Below the pieces are notes generated by a model, which had not been told where the DNA came from, made no database searches, and saw nothing but the letters and a program-made list of their open reading frames with translations. From contig JAFGJT010000009.1 of assembly GCA_016928915.1 (NCBI GenBank), positions 60,347 through 124,346 of the forward strand: a stretch of 64,000 bases of DNA. Direction: 5' to 3'. Of the stretch, positions 37,313-47,124 are shown one piece after another. The number at the start of each line of letters is the position of its first letter. Positions within the stretch are counted from its first letter, which is position 1. The position numbers were made by a program, and so were the translations under genes. This stretch comes from Candidatus Peregrinibacteria bacterium (GTDB lineage: Bacteria; Patescibacteriota; Gracilibacteria; UBA1369; PNNO01).

Positions 37313-38654
37313 CAAATTAAAATCACTTATATCCGATACAAATCCTTTAAGGCTTTTTTATCATCAGGCAAAAGGAGCTCTTGCGGCTTTAATTTATGGC
37401 TTTCCTGCAGGGCGCATGCATGTAATCGGAGTAACCGGCACAAAAGGAAAAACTACAACTGTAAATTTGACAGCTGCAATCCTTGAAGAGGCTGGATATA
37501 AAGTGGGCATGGCATCCACAATAAATTTTCAGATAGGGGATACAAAATGGTCAAATCTTACCAAACAGACAACCATGAGCCCTTTTGTTTTGCAAAAGAT
37601 GCTTAGACAGATGGTTAAAGAAGGCTGCACGCACTGCATTCTGGAAGTCTCTTCACATGCTATCACTCAGTCGCGCGTACTTGGGATTAATTTTGACACA
37701 GCGGTCATAACCAATATTTCGGAAGACCATCTTGAATATCACGGAGGATTTCAGATGTATCTGCAGGCAAAAGGGAGTTTGTTTCAGCGTCTTAACAGAT
37801 CAAGAAGAAAGCCCAATATACCAAAAGTTTCAGTTCTTAACGCTGATGATTCTAATTTTGAATTTTTTAACCAGTATATTGTTGACAGAAAATATACATA
37901 CAGTTTTAAACAGGGAACATGTTATGCAACCGATATTAACCTCACAGGCCACGGGTCAAAATTTATGCTGCATATCCCCAATAATCAGATTGAGATCGGT
38001 TTAAATATACCCGGTGAATTTAATATTTATAATGCTTTGGCTGCCGCAACAGTTGCATTATCTTTAAATATAAATCTTACTTTTATTAAAAAAGCCCTTG
38101 AAAAAGCGCAGGGGGTGCCGGGCAGGCAGGAATCGCTGGACTGCGGTCAGCCTTATACAATTATAGTTGATTACGCGCATTCTCCGGATTCACTTGAAAA
38201 ACTGCTTGAACTTTATAAAAAGTTAACCGAAGGTCGGTTGTTTGTTGTTTTTGGGGCAACCGGGGGCGGCAGAGATAAAGCAAAAAGGCCCAAAATGGGT
38301 GAGATAGCGGACAGATTTGCCGATTATATTATTTTAACCAATGACGATCCTTATGAAGAAGATGAGTGGGGGATTATTGATATGATCGCCGAGGGCATAA
38401 AGAGAAACGAAGGCGACAGATTATGGAAAATTCCGCACAGATATGAGGCAATACGTCTTGCTTTAACACTGGCAAAAAAAGGCGATACTGTTGTAATTGC
38501 CGGCAAGGGATGCGAAGAAGTTCAGATAATAGGCACCGAGCGAATTCCCTGGGATGACAGAAAAGTTGTAAGAGAGCTGTTAAGCAGGGAAATTTTGATC
38601 GAAATAGAACCCGGCAAAGTTGTTGCAAAAGAAAATGTTTGTTTAGAAGGCTGA
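37305..38654 (+). CDS. murE: UDP-MurNAc-L-Ala-D-Glu:diamino-acid ligase (MurE)
   Basis: GVTGTKGKTTT P-loop, DYAHSPDSLEKLL and GATGGGRDKAKRP. The specificity motif reads NDDPYEED rather than DNPR, so the amino acid added is unclear. Confidence 0.88.
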   Translation: MLNKLKSLISDTNPLRLFYHQAKGALAALIYGFPAGRMHVIGVTGTKGKTTTVNLTAAILEEAGYKVGMASTINFQIGDTKWSNLTKQTTMSPFVLQKMLRQMVKEGCTHCILEVSSHAITQSRVLGINFDTAVITNISEDHLEYHGGFQMYLQAKGSLFQRLNRSRRKPNIPKVSVLNADDSNFEFFNQYIVDRKYTYSFKQGTCYATDINLTGHGSKFMLHIPNNQIEIGLNIPGEFNIYNALAAATVALSLNINLTFIKKALEKAQGVPGRQESLDCGQPYTIIVDYAHSPDSLEKLLELYKKLTEGRLFVVFGATGGGRDKAKRPKMGEIADRFADYIILTNDDPYEEDEWGIIDMIAEGIKRNEGDRLWKIPHRYEAIRLALTLAKKGDTVVIAGKGCEEVQIIGTERIPWDDRKVVRELLSREILIEIEPGKVVAKENVCLEG

Positions 38655-38656
38655 TT

Positions 38657-39547
38657 ATGTTAAACGGATTTTTAAATATCAACAAGCCAAAAGGTATTAC
38701 ATCTTTTGATGTGATTAGAATGGTCAGGCGAATTAAGTTTGGAGAGAAGATTGGTCATACGGGAACACTGGATCCGCTTGCAAGCGGTGTTCTTGTGCTT
38801 GTTTTTGGAGAAGCTACCAAATTAATTGAGTTTATTGTTAAAGCAGATAAAGAATATGAAGCCCAAATAACCCTGGGGGCCGCTTCTGTTACATATGATG
38901 CAGAGGGGGAGATTAAAAAAATTTCTGAAAAAAGGCCATTAAAAAGGGAGGTGGAAGATGGTTTGCGCGTTTTTAAGGGGGATATTTTTCAGACTCCGCC
39001 AAAATTTTCAGCTATTAAAGTAAAAGGAAAAAAAGCTTATGAACTGGCGAGAAAAGGGATTGAAGTGAATCTGAAAAAAAGAAAAATTCATATTTATTCG
39101 ATAAAAATTCTTAAATACGAGTATCCAAATTTAAAAATAAAAGTTATGTGTTCAAGCGGAACATATATTAGATCACTTGCGCATGAAATAGGTTTAAAAT
39201 TACAAACAGGCGCTTATTTAAGCGGTTTAAAGAGGACCCGCTCGGGTGGGTTTTTAATAAAAAACGCTGTATCGCCGGAGGATTTAAATACACAAAATTT
39301 AAAACAAAAGCTTGAGCCTGTCGAAAAATATGTTAAATTGTTTCCTAAAATAATTTTAAATAGTATTGAATATAAAAAACTTAACTTTGGTCAGACAATT
39401 TCAAGACCAAAACTTAAAGAAGGTATTGATCTTTTTATGGGTTTTTATAAAAATTCACTTGCCGGAATACTGGAAAAAGTTAAGGATAGTGGCAGTAAAG
39501 ACAGCCAAAATTTGCTTAAATATTATAAAAAACTGAATATTGATTAA
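38657..39547 (+). CDS. truB: tRNA pseudouridine-55 synthase
   Basis: MLNGFLNINKPKGITSFDV...GHTGTLDPLASGVLVL. The start is trimmed to the ATG at 38657. Confidence 0.92.
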   Translation: MLNGFLNINKPKGITSFDVIRMVRRIKFGEKIGHTGTLDPLASGVLVLVFGEATKLIEFIVKADKEYEAQITLGAASVTYDAEGEIKKISEKRPLKREVEDGLRVFKGDIFQTPPKFSAIKVKGKKAYELARKGIEVNLKKRKIHIYSIKILKYEYPNLKIKVMCSSGTYIRSLAHEIGLKLQTGAYLSGLKRTRSGGFLIKNAVSPEDLNTQNLKQKLEPVEKYVKLFPKIILNSIEYKKLNFGQTISRPKLKEGIDLFMGFYKNSLAGILEKVKDSGSKDSQNLLKYYKKLNID

Positions 39548-40613
39548 TCAAATTATGACTTATTTGTTCCCGGCATTATTCGCATTTATATTAACCGTGT
39601 TTTTGACGGTGTTTGCTTTATGGCTTTTTCCAAAGCTTAAAATGCTGGACAGGCCTGAAAAATACGGTTTGACCAGAAAGCCAATTCCATACTACGGCGG
39701 TCTTGTACTGGTGGCTGTTTTCATTATTTCGGTTTTGATTTTTGTTAAACTGGATACTCGGGTTATCGGCTTAATTACAGGAGGGCTCATGATAGCAGGA
39801 GTCAGTTTTCTGGATGACCTGAAAAATTTAAATCCTTGGATAAGGTTGTTTGTGCAATTTTTGGGCGCTCTCACGGTAGTTCTTGCGGGCATCGGTATTG
39901 ATTCAATAACAAATCCGTTCGGTGGGGCAATAGAGCTGGACAAAGTAAAGTTAATTGTGCCCTTTGGCGAAAATATAATGCAGTTTGCTCTGCTGGCCGA
40001 TCTTTTTACTATTGCGTGGATTATTTTGATTATTAATACAATGAATTTTCTGGACGGTCTAAACGGGCTGGTAAGCGGCGTTTCATTTATTGCATCTTTG
40101 ACTGTTTTTGCTTTAAGTATAGGAGATTTTAATATTGTTGATCAGACTACAATTGCAACTCTTGCGATTATTGCCGCTTCAATGTGTCTTGCTTTTTGGA
40201 TTTTTGATTTTTATCCGGCGAAGATACTGATGGGGGATACGGGCAGTATGTTTTTAGGTTATTTGCTGGCGGTTTTTGCGATTTTTTCGGGAGGGAAGAT
40301 AGCAACCGCTTTTTTAGTTCTTGGTTTTCCGATTTTGGATGCTTTTTGGGTGATTTCAAGACGCATAATACAGGGAAAATCGCCGATGAAAGGGGATACA
40401 AAGCATCTGCATCACAGGCTGCTTGAAGTTGGTCTGTCCGACCGGAAAGCGCTTCTGTTAATTTATCTTTTATGCGCATTTTTCGGGGGAAGCGCGGTGT
40501 TTTTGGGGTCAATGCAGAAACTCTATATGATTATCGCGATGGGTGTTTTAATGCTTATAATGGCTACAATTATATTGTTTTACAGCCTTAAAAAAGTGCA
40601 AAAGTCCGGTTGA
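39540..40613 (+). CDS. Polyprenyl-phosphate sugar-1-phosphate transferase, GT4 MraY/WecA family (WecA/TagO-like)
   Basis: 357 aa and polytopic, with NTMNFLDGLNGL, MGDTGSMFLGY and KHLHHRLLEVG. The HLHHR motif looks more WecA/TagO-like than MraY, although the gene follows murE. Confidence 0.8.
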   Translation: MINQIMTYLFPALFAFILTVFLTVFALWLFPKLKMLDRPEKYGLTRKPIPYYGGLVLVAVFIISVLIFVKLDTRVIGLITGGLMIAGVSFLDDLKNLNPWIRLFVQFLGALTVVLAGIGIDSITNPFGGAIELDKVKLIVPFGENIMQFALLADLFTIAWIILIINTMNFLDGLNGLVSGVSFIASLTVFALSIGDFNIVDQTTIATLAIIAASMCLAFWIFDFYPAKILMGDTGSMFLGYLLAVFAIFSGGKIATAFLVLGFPILDAFWVISRRIIQGKSPMKGDTKHLHHRLLEVGLSDRKALLLIYLLCAFFGGSAVFLGSMQKLYMIIAMGVLMLIMATIILFYSLKKVQKSG

Positions 40614-40661
40614 TTTTGCGTATAAAGCACTTTACAATAAAGACCCTTATATTTTTGTTAT

Positions 40662-42428
40662 ATGATTGACATAGTTTCCGAAATTAAAGCGCGTCTGAAT
40701 ATTGAGGATATTGTGGGTCAGTATGTTCAGCTCAAAAAAGCCGGCAGAAATTTAAAGGGGCTTTGTCCTTTTCATCAGGAAAAAACCCCCAGTTTTATGG
40801 TAAGCCCCGATAAACAGATAGCCTATTGTTTCGGCTGTCATAAAGGAGGTGATTTGTTTAAGTTTATCCAGGAAGTTGAGGGAGTGGAATTTAAGGACGC
40901 AATAAAAATTCTTGCAGATAAAGCCGGTATTGATCCTTCTGAGTATCAGGTTTTACATGAAGGAGCCCATTCAAAATCCGAAAAAGAAGAGCTTTTTGAA
41001 ATTCACAGAAAATCAGCTCGGTTCTACGTAGATTATTTATGGAATTCCGATGAAGGCGTGCCGGTTCTTGAGTATTTGCGCAACAGAGGGTTAACCGATG
41101 AGTCTATTAAAAACTTTGAAATCGGTTTATCCCCGGATTCTTTTGATAAAACTCATTTGTTTTTGGTTAAATCCGGGTTTTCAAGAAATATGATTGCTCT
41201 TTCCGGAATGGCTATAAGCAAAGATACGCGTTCTGAAAATGTTTATGACAGGTTTAGAGCAAGATTAATGTTTCCCATTTATGATGCTGCCGGCCGCATA
41301 ACAGGGTTTGGCGGACGTGCTTTAAAACATGGTGATGAGCCTAAATATTTAAATTCTCCGGATTCGCCTGTTTATAAAAAAAGCGAGGTTTTGTACGGAT
41401 ATAATTTTGCAAAGGATTCAGTTAAAAAAGCGGGAAGTATTATTCTTGTTGAGGGGTATTTTGATGTCATAATGTCTCATCAGGCAGGCGCTAAAAACAC
41501 AGCAGCCACATCGGGCACGGCTTTGACTATCCAGCAGATTAAACTTTTAAAACGTGCAACTAGTAATCTTTTATTTTGTTTTGATACCGATAAAGCCGGG
41601 ATCGATGCGGCAAAAAGGGGTTTTGAACTTGCAGAAAATGAAGGGCTGAATGTGGGTGTGATATGTATTCCGGATGCAAAGGATCCTGCGGATTATGTGC
41701 TTGAGCATAAAGAAAAATGGCTTGAGGTTATTAATGAAAACATACCTTTTATGGAGTTCAGTATTAATGATGTTTTGAAAAGATATGATTTAAACATTAT
41801 TGAACAGAAAAAACAGGCTTTAAAAGAACTTTTGAATTTTCTTTCATTATTAAACAGTAATTTTGAAAAAGATCATTATGTAAGAGAAATAGCTCACAAA
41901 TTGGATGTTAAGGAAATACAAATTTATGACGAACTTAAGAAACTCGGATCAAAACAGAAATTCGAGGTCCTTGCGCCCGGGTTGAAAAACACCGCCGCCG
42001 CCATAAAATTTTCTCTTATGGATCTTGTTTTCGGGCTTGTTTACGAGTATCCCCAGGTTCTTGAAAATTCATTTAAAAATATTAAAGAAAATGAGCTTTT
42101 GGAAAACGAAAAATCCATTTACAACCAATTCAAAGATAACTATAATTTGCTAACAGGAGATTTAAGGAAAGATTTTTTGTTGTGTTTTAAGGAGGATTTC
42201 AGAGCCAGACTAGAGCTTATTTCCCTGTTTATTGAGGATTTATACGGGAATTTTACTGAGGAAATGGTTGAAAATGAATTTAATACTCTTCTGGAAAAGA
42301 TACGAAAAATTTTCCATGAAAGAGAAAAGCGCGCAATATCGTATGAACTAAAAGAGGCAGAAAGAAACGGGAATAAGGCAAAAGCAAAGGAATTACTTGA
42401 AAAATTTACTAAACTCGTGAGTTTTTAA
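40662..42428 (+). CDS. dnaG: DNA primase
   Basis: Zinc ribbon CPFHQEKTPSFMVSPDKQIAYCFGCHKGGD, a TOPRIM domain (ILVEGYFDVIM...DTDKAGIDAA), and dnaG-rpoD synteny. Confidence 0.95.
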   Translation: MIDIVSEIKARLNIEDIVGQYVQLKKAGRNLKGLCPFHQEKTPSFMVSPDKQIAYCFGCHKGGDLFKFIQEVEGVEFKDAIKILADKAGIDPSEYQVLHEGAHSKSEKEELFEIHRKSARFYVDYLWNSDEGVPVLEYLRNRGLTDESIKNFEIGLSPDSFDKTHLFLVKSGFSRNMIALSGMAISKDTRSENVYDRFRARLMFPIYDAAGRITGFGGRALKHGDEPKYLNSPDSPVYKKSEVLYGYNFAKDSVKKAGSIILVEGYFDVIMSHQAGAKNTAATSGTALTIQQIKLLKRATSNLLFCFDTDKAGIDAAKRGFELAENEGLNVGVICIPDAKDPADYVLEHKEKWLEVINENIPFMEFSINDVLKRYDLNIIEQKKQALKELLNFLSLLNSNFEKDHYVREIAHKLDVKEIQIYDELKKLGSKQKFEVLAPGLKNTAAAIKFSLMDLVFGLVYEYPQVLENSFKNIKENELLENEKSIYNQFKDNYNLLTGDLRKDFLLCFKEDFRARLELISLFIEDLYGNFTEEMVENEFNTLLEKIRKIFHEREKRAISYELKEAERNGNKAKAKELLEKFTKLVSF

Positions 42429-42437
42429 TATAAATAT

Positions 42438-43556
42438 ATGGCAAGAACAAAAAAGTTTATTACACAACCTTCCGACGACAAACTCGCGCAATTCCCGCCC
42501 GAGGTTGCTTTACTTGTAAAAAAAGGGCGTGAACAGGGATTTGTCACGCAGCAGGAACTTTTAAAAGCTCTTCCTAATATTGAGGACGATCTTTTGCTTT
42601 TAGATGAGATTTATTCTCTTTTTCTTGATCTGGGAATTGATGTCATTGATGTTAAAGACGCGTTGATATGGAAAAATAAGGAGGAGGAGGAAGAAGAGGT
42701 GGTTACAGACAAGAAAGATATGGAGCTTCGTGAAATAGCCAATGATTCGATTCGGCTTTATCTTTGCGAGATAGGCAAAGTTGCCTTGTTAACCGCAAAA
42801 GAGGAAATTGATCTTGCAAGAAGAATAAGAAAAGGGGACCAGACCGCAAAACAAAGGCTTGCGGAAGCTAATCTTAGACTTGTTGTTTCTATTGCGAAGA
42901 AATACATCGGACGAGGGCTTTCTTTTTTGGATTTAATTCAGGAAGGAAATATCGGTTTATTTAGAGCAGTTGAAAAATTTGACCCGAACAGAGGATTTAA
43001 ATTTTCCACTTATGCAACATGGTGGATAAGACAGGCAATCACAAGGGCAATAGCCGATCAGGCCAGAACAATACGCATACCCGTACACATGGTTGAAACA
43101 ATCAACAAGCTGACGCATGCCCAGAGGCGCCTGGTGCAGGAGCTCGGACGCGAACCTTTAGTTGAAGAACTTGCCGCAGAAATGGAAATGGATGTGAAAA
43201 AAGTCCGACATATTTTAAAAATTTCTCAGGATATTGTTTCACTTGAAGCTCCTGTTGGAACCGAAGAAGACAGCAAACTCGGAGATTTTATCGAGGATGA
43301 CGAGGCTCTTTCTCCTTCTGATGCAACAAACAGGCAGATAATAAAGGAAAATATTCATGAAATGCTTCAGTATCTTTCTCCGCGTGAACGAAAAATTATA
43401 GAAATGCGATTCGGTTTAAAAGATGGCGTGGGGCATACCCTTGAGGAAGTGGGACATGAATTTAATGTGACCCGCGAAAGAATCAGACAGATTGAGGCAA
43501 AAGTGCTGCAGAAGCTCAAAGAGCATCCAACAAGCATCAAAATTCGTCCAAATTAA
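42438..43556 (+). CDS. rpoD: Primary RNA polymerase sigma factor (sigma-70)
   Basis: Region 2 ([41 protein letters not shown]), region 3, and region 4 ([24 protein letters not shown]). Confidence 0.96.
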   Translation: MARTKKFITQPSDDKLAQFPPEVALLVKKGREQGFVTQQELLKALPNIEDDLLLLDEIYSLFLDLGIDVIDVKDALIWKNKEEEEEEVVTDKKDMELREIANDSIRLYLCEIGKVALLTAKEEIDLARRIRKGDQTAKQRLAEANLRLVVSIAKKYIGRGLSFLDLIQEGNIGLFRAVEKFDPNRGFKFSTYATWWIRQAITRAIADQARTIRIPVHMVETINKLTHAQRRLVQELGREPLVEELAAEMEMDVKKVRHILKISQDIVSLEAPVGTEEDSKLGDFIEDDEALSPSDATNRQIIKENIHEMLQYLSPRERKIIEMRFGLKDGVGHTLEEVGHEFNVTRERIRQIEAKVLQKLKEHPTSIKIRPN

Positions 43557-43573
43557 TCTTAATATCAAAAAAT

Positions 43574-44071
43574 ATGCCAGCATCAGCAAATAATGAAGAT
43601 AAAGTTACATTAGTCACGAAAGACGGTTTTAAAAAACTTAAGGAGGAGCTTGATTATCTTAGAAATATAAAAAGAAAAGAAATCGCAGACAGGATTAAAG
43701 AAGCAATCAGCTATGGCGATCTTTCCGAAAATTCAGAATATGAGGAGGCAAAAAACGAACAAGCGTTTGTTGAGGGCCGTATTATTGAACTTGAGGATAA
43801 GGTTAAATATGCAAAAATTATTGATGACAAGAAGAAATCGGACGGAAAATCAGTTCAGCTTGGATCAACAGTTAAAGTTAAAAACCGGTCTTCAAAAAGC
43901 TCAAAAACTCTTGATTACATTATTGTCGGTTCAACCGAAGCTGACTGGGATAATAAGATTTCAAACGAGTCACCCGTAGGCAAGGCTCTTCTTGACAGAA
44001 AAGTAGGGGACAGGATCAAAATTCACGTTCCCGCGGGCATTGTTGAATATGAAATTCTTGATATTGAATAA
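43574..44071 (+). CDS. greA: Transcription elongation factor GreA
   Basis: 165 aa with a coiled-coil N-domain (DLSENSEYEEAKNEQAFVEGRIIELE) and a C-terminal FKBP-like domain. Confidence 0.9.
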   Translation: MPASANNEDKVTLVTKDGFKKLKEELDYLRNIKRKEIADRIKEAISYGDLSENSEYEEAKNEQAFVEGRIIELEDKVKYAKIIDDKKKSDGKSVQLGSTVKVKNRSSKSSKTLDYIIVGSTEADWDNKISNESPVGKALLDRKVGDRIKIHVPAGIVEYEILDIE

Positions 44072-44473
44072 TTATTTCTTTTTGGTTGTATAGACCTTCT
44101 TTGCTGTATGTGATTCGGGTTTTTCAACCAGATCTTTCATTTTAGGATAAGTATAAAAGATTTTTAAAATATTTTTTATAATATAGTAAATTGACAGTGC
44201 GATTACTGCAAAAAGAAAAAACCTCATACTTAAGTAGGGTATGCCGGATGATCTTGATAACGCCAGCATAATTATTGAAATTCCGCACCATACCAACTGA
44301 CCCGGAGCGCTTCTAAATGTCCTTTTAAGAGCTTTATTGTTTTTATTCATTGAAAAAAATACTTTCAACAGTATTGCGGCTAATATAAGCGCACTGCCGT
44401 AAATAATTATCCAAAGGGTGTAATTAAATGCAGCTCCCGGTATCGGACTGAACAGATAGCTTAGATATTCCAT
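44072..44473 (-). CDS. Hypothetical membrane protein (133 aa, ~4 TM)
   Basis: A hydrophobic ORF whose stop directly abuts the convergent greA stop. Confidence 0.5.
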   Translation of the reverse strand: MEYLSYLFSPIPGAAFNYTLWIIIYGSALILAAILLKVFFSMNKNNKALKRTFRSAPGQLVWCGISIIMLALSRSSGIPYLSMRFFLFAVIALSIYYIIKNILKIFYTYPKMKDLVEKPESHTAKKVYTTKKK

Positions 44474-44505
44474 AGTATGGGTATTATATTAATAATTTAT
44501 GAGAA

Positions 44506-44844
44506 TTATTTTGTTTTATTCTTGAATTTTTTGTTTTTTTTCTTTTCTTTTATCACCGAATCTGAAAGAGCTTCATATTCCAAATCCTCAAAAAACTTTT
44601 CTATAAGGGTTTTTGAAGGTCTGATTGCCAGATAGATCAGCACCCCGAAAATATTCAATACCACAGCCAAAATAATTGATACTATTTGTAAAATTATATT
44701 ATTGGTTCTTGAAATTATATCTTTTGTTGTCCAGATTATTAAAGCAGCCCAAAGAAGAAGCAGATATATAATAAAACATATAAGAAAAATTCTTGATACT
44801 CCGGGCTGAATGAACCACTCAACTAATTCTTTAAAACTTGGCAT
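44506..44844 (-). CDS. Hypothetical small membrane protein (possibly PLDc_N-like)
   Basis: 112 aa with two TM helices and an ...IIWTTKDI...GVLIYLAIRP pattern reminiscent of the cardiolipin-synthase N-terminal domain. It has a Lys-rich tail. Tentative. Confidence 0.5.
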   Translation of the reverse strand: MPSFKELVEWFIQPGVSRIFLICFIIYLLLLWAALIIWTTKDIISRTNNIILQIVSIILAVVLNIFGVLIYLAIRPSKTLIEKFFEDLEYEALSDSVIKEKKKNKKFKNKTK

Positions 44845-44845
44845 T

Positions 44846-45640
44846 TTAAATTTTGTCAGGCTTTATTGATTTTCGTTTATTATTATAATGAATTATTAAA
44901 TAAGATCCAGTCACAATCATTATTACAATAAGCGCAAATACCTGTTCGAGTCTCAAAGACATGATAATAACAGTATCATCTCCTCTTATAAATCCTTCCA
45001 AAAACACCATTGTAAAATAGCTGACGGTGCCGATAACTGTTACAATGCCGGCTTTGAATTTTGTTTTTAAAAAAAACAGAAATAAAACTCCGCCAATAAT
45101 AAGGCTGTATAACGCCGCATATAACTGTGCCGGGTGTATAGGCACGGCATATTTGATTGACGGACTTTCAAAAAGAATACCCCACGGCAGATCCGTAGTA
45201 TTGCCATATGATGATCCGTCAAAAAATCTTCCGATGTGCCCCAGCACCAAACCGCCGATAGTTGAAATCGTCAGAATATCAAGCCATTTTTTTGTTTGTT
45301 CTTTTTCTTTATATGAAAAATAAGCCAATGTTATTATTATGCCGCACAACCCGCCCAGAAAAGATAATCCTTTATCCCATATATAAAAAACATTCAAAAT
45401 CGCATCAAGATTCAGTTCCTGAAAATAAATTTGATAGTTTTCAACTACAAAAAACAGACGGGCGAAAATAATTGCGGCAGCAAATATTTTTATGCTGTTA
45501 TTATAAATGAAGTTAAGCTGAAGCCTTTTCATTTTAGCAAGCGAAGTGAAAATAAATACGCCAAGTATAAAAGCCAGGCCCGTACAAAGCCACAACGAAT
45601 AAATAATAATGGGGCCTATTTGTATAATTATGGGAAACAT
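44846..45640 (-). CDS. lgt: Prolipoprotein diacylglyceryl transferase
   Basis: 264 aa with GGLCGIIITLAYF, GRFFDGSSYGNTTDLPWGILF and HPAQLYAALYS. Confidence 0.88.
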   Translation of the reverse strand: MFPIIIQIGPIIIYSLWLCTGLAFILGVFIFTSLAKMKRLQLNFIYNNSIKIFAAAIIFARLFFVVENYQIYFQELNLDAILNVFYIWDKGLSFLGGLCGIIITLAYFSYKEKEQTKKWLDILTISTIGGLVLGHIGRFFDGSSYGNTTDLPWGILFESPSIKYAVPIHPAQLYAALYSLIIGGVLFLFFLKTKFKAGIVTVIGTVSYFTMVFLEGFIRGDDTVIIMSLRLEQVFALIVIMIVTGSYLIIHYNNKRKSIKPDKI

Positions 45641-45690
45641 AAGAAAATAAATTCTCTGGAATTTTAACTAATAATCGCTATTCCTGCAAT

Positions 45691-47088
45691 TTAAAAGTTA
45701 AAAACAACCAGCAGAGAAAATATCACAAATAAAGGAAAAATCACAAAATCAGAGAAAATGTTTTTTCTGAATAAATTAAGTTTTAAACTTGTCGCGGCAT
45801 GCAGTAAAAATATAACAGGCAACAGGTATTTAATGCTTCCTGTCTGGAAAATATAAAATACAGAAGGAACATCGTTAATATAGGGTACCTGTTTGGAAAT
45901 TGTTATTCCCGCAATAAAATAAAAAACCAGGTAAAAAAACAGCAGCCATCCGGTTAATCCGTTTATAAAATCGAGAGTTTTCTGAAAGATGTTCAGATCG
46001 CCCGCAATAATTTGTTCTTTGGCCGTTCTCTTTTTTAAAGTTTTAATATTGCTTTTAAGTATTTTTTTGCTGGATTTAAGTTTTTTTATTGTTTTTTGTA
46101 TCTCCACTTTGTCGGTTGGTTTTGGGCTTTTAATTAACAATGTATAATATTGTCTTAACTGATTGTTGATTTTTGAAAGTTCTTTCTTTTGGGTTCGCAG
46201 TTCCGGGTCCTGATGTATTATTTTTATCAGATATGAAACAAAAAAATCTTGAATTTTAATACTTGCGGTTAATTTTTCCGCATTTTGTACATTGTCTTTC
46301 CGCCAGCGCAACAGCTTGTCCTCCAAATCATCGGTAACAGTAAAATCTTTGTGTTTTTGTATGCTGTTTATTAAATTTTGGGTTTCAGCAAGAAGTTCCA
46401 TCTTTTTATCAATGAATTCCTGTTTTTTTACGTTTATTTCAGTTTTTTGAATAAATTCCAGAAGGCTTGTGCAGGAATTTCTTAAATATTCCAGGTTTGT
46501 AGAACTTTTTAACCGAAGTATTTTGTTAACATATGTGATTATGGTTTGTTTGTCTTGGGGTTCCAATGCCTCTCCGAATTCATCAACGGCGGAATTTACT
46601 TTTTTCAGCACGTAATCAACCTGTCTCATTAAAAGAGCTTTTTCTTTTTCAAACGCCCTGTCTATATTTTTTATCTTTTTTTCATGAAAAAGGTTGGTCA
46701 TTTTTTTTACTTCCTCCTGATATATTTTCATCAAATCGAAAATGCCGGCTTTTTTTTGTTCTTCTTTTTCTTTTTCGTTTAAATTGTTTTGAATAATATA
46801 TTTCACGTCCAGCTGATATTCAGCCATAAGCCTTTTAAAGGCTTCATACCTGCTTTCGCCCCGTATGGTTCCTGCAATGTTGCGGTTGTGGGCATCAATT
46901 CCGGAAAATTCAAACAGCATGCCGATTTCTTCTTCTGCTCCTTTATGCGCTTCAACTTTTTCAAGTGAAATTATTGAAAAGCCAAGATCCTGAAGCTCCT
47001 GTCTTGCCGTTTGATCCTCGGGGGCATCAACAAGTCCTGAAAGCTGCCTGTTTTCTTTGTTAACCACAATATATTTAAACTGTGCCAT
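45691..47088 (-). CDS. Hypothetical protein: two PilC/GspF-N-terminus-like modules, a long Lys-rich coiled coil, and C-terminal TM helices
   Basis: 465 aa. MAQFKYIVVNKENRQLSGLVDAPEDQTARQELQDLGFSIISLE and a second copy FEFSGIDAHNRNIAGTIRGESRYEAFKRLMAEYQLDV. A helical K/E-rich middle follows, then about 3 TM helices at the C-terminus. Confidence 0.7.
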   Translation of the reverse strand: MAQFKYIVVNKENRQLSGLVDAPEDQTARQELQDLGFSIISLEKVEAHKGAEEEIGMLFEFSGIDAHNRNIAGTIRGESRYEAFKRLMAEYQLDVKYIIQNNLNEKEKEEQKKAGIFDLMKIYQEEVKKMTNLFHEKKIKNIDRAFEKEKALLMRQVDYVLKKVNSAVDEFGEALEPQDKQTIITYVNKILRLKSSTNLEYLRNSCTSLLEFIQKTEINVKKQEFIDKKMELLAETQNLINSIQKHKDFTVTDDLEDKLLRWRKDNVQNAEKLTASIKIQDFFVSYLIKIIHQDPELRTQKKELSKINNQLRQYYTLLIKSPKPTDKVEIQKTIKKLKSSKKILKSNIKTLKKRTAKEQIIAGDLNIFQKTLDFINGLTGWLLFFYLVFYFIAGITISKQVPYINDVPSVFYIFQTGSIKYLLPVIFLLHAATSLKLNLFRKNIFSDFVIFPLFVIFSLLVVFNF

Positions 47089-47124
47089 TTTTATTTTGTT
47101 TATCTACCCTTTATTATACTCTTT

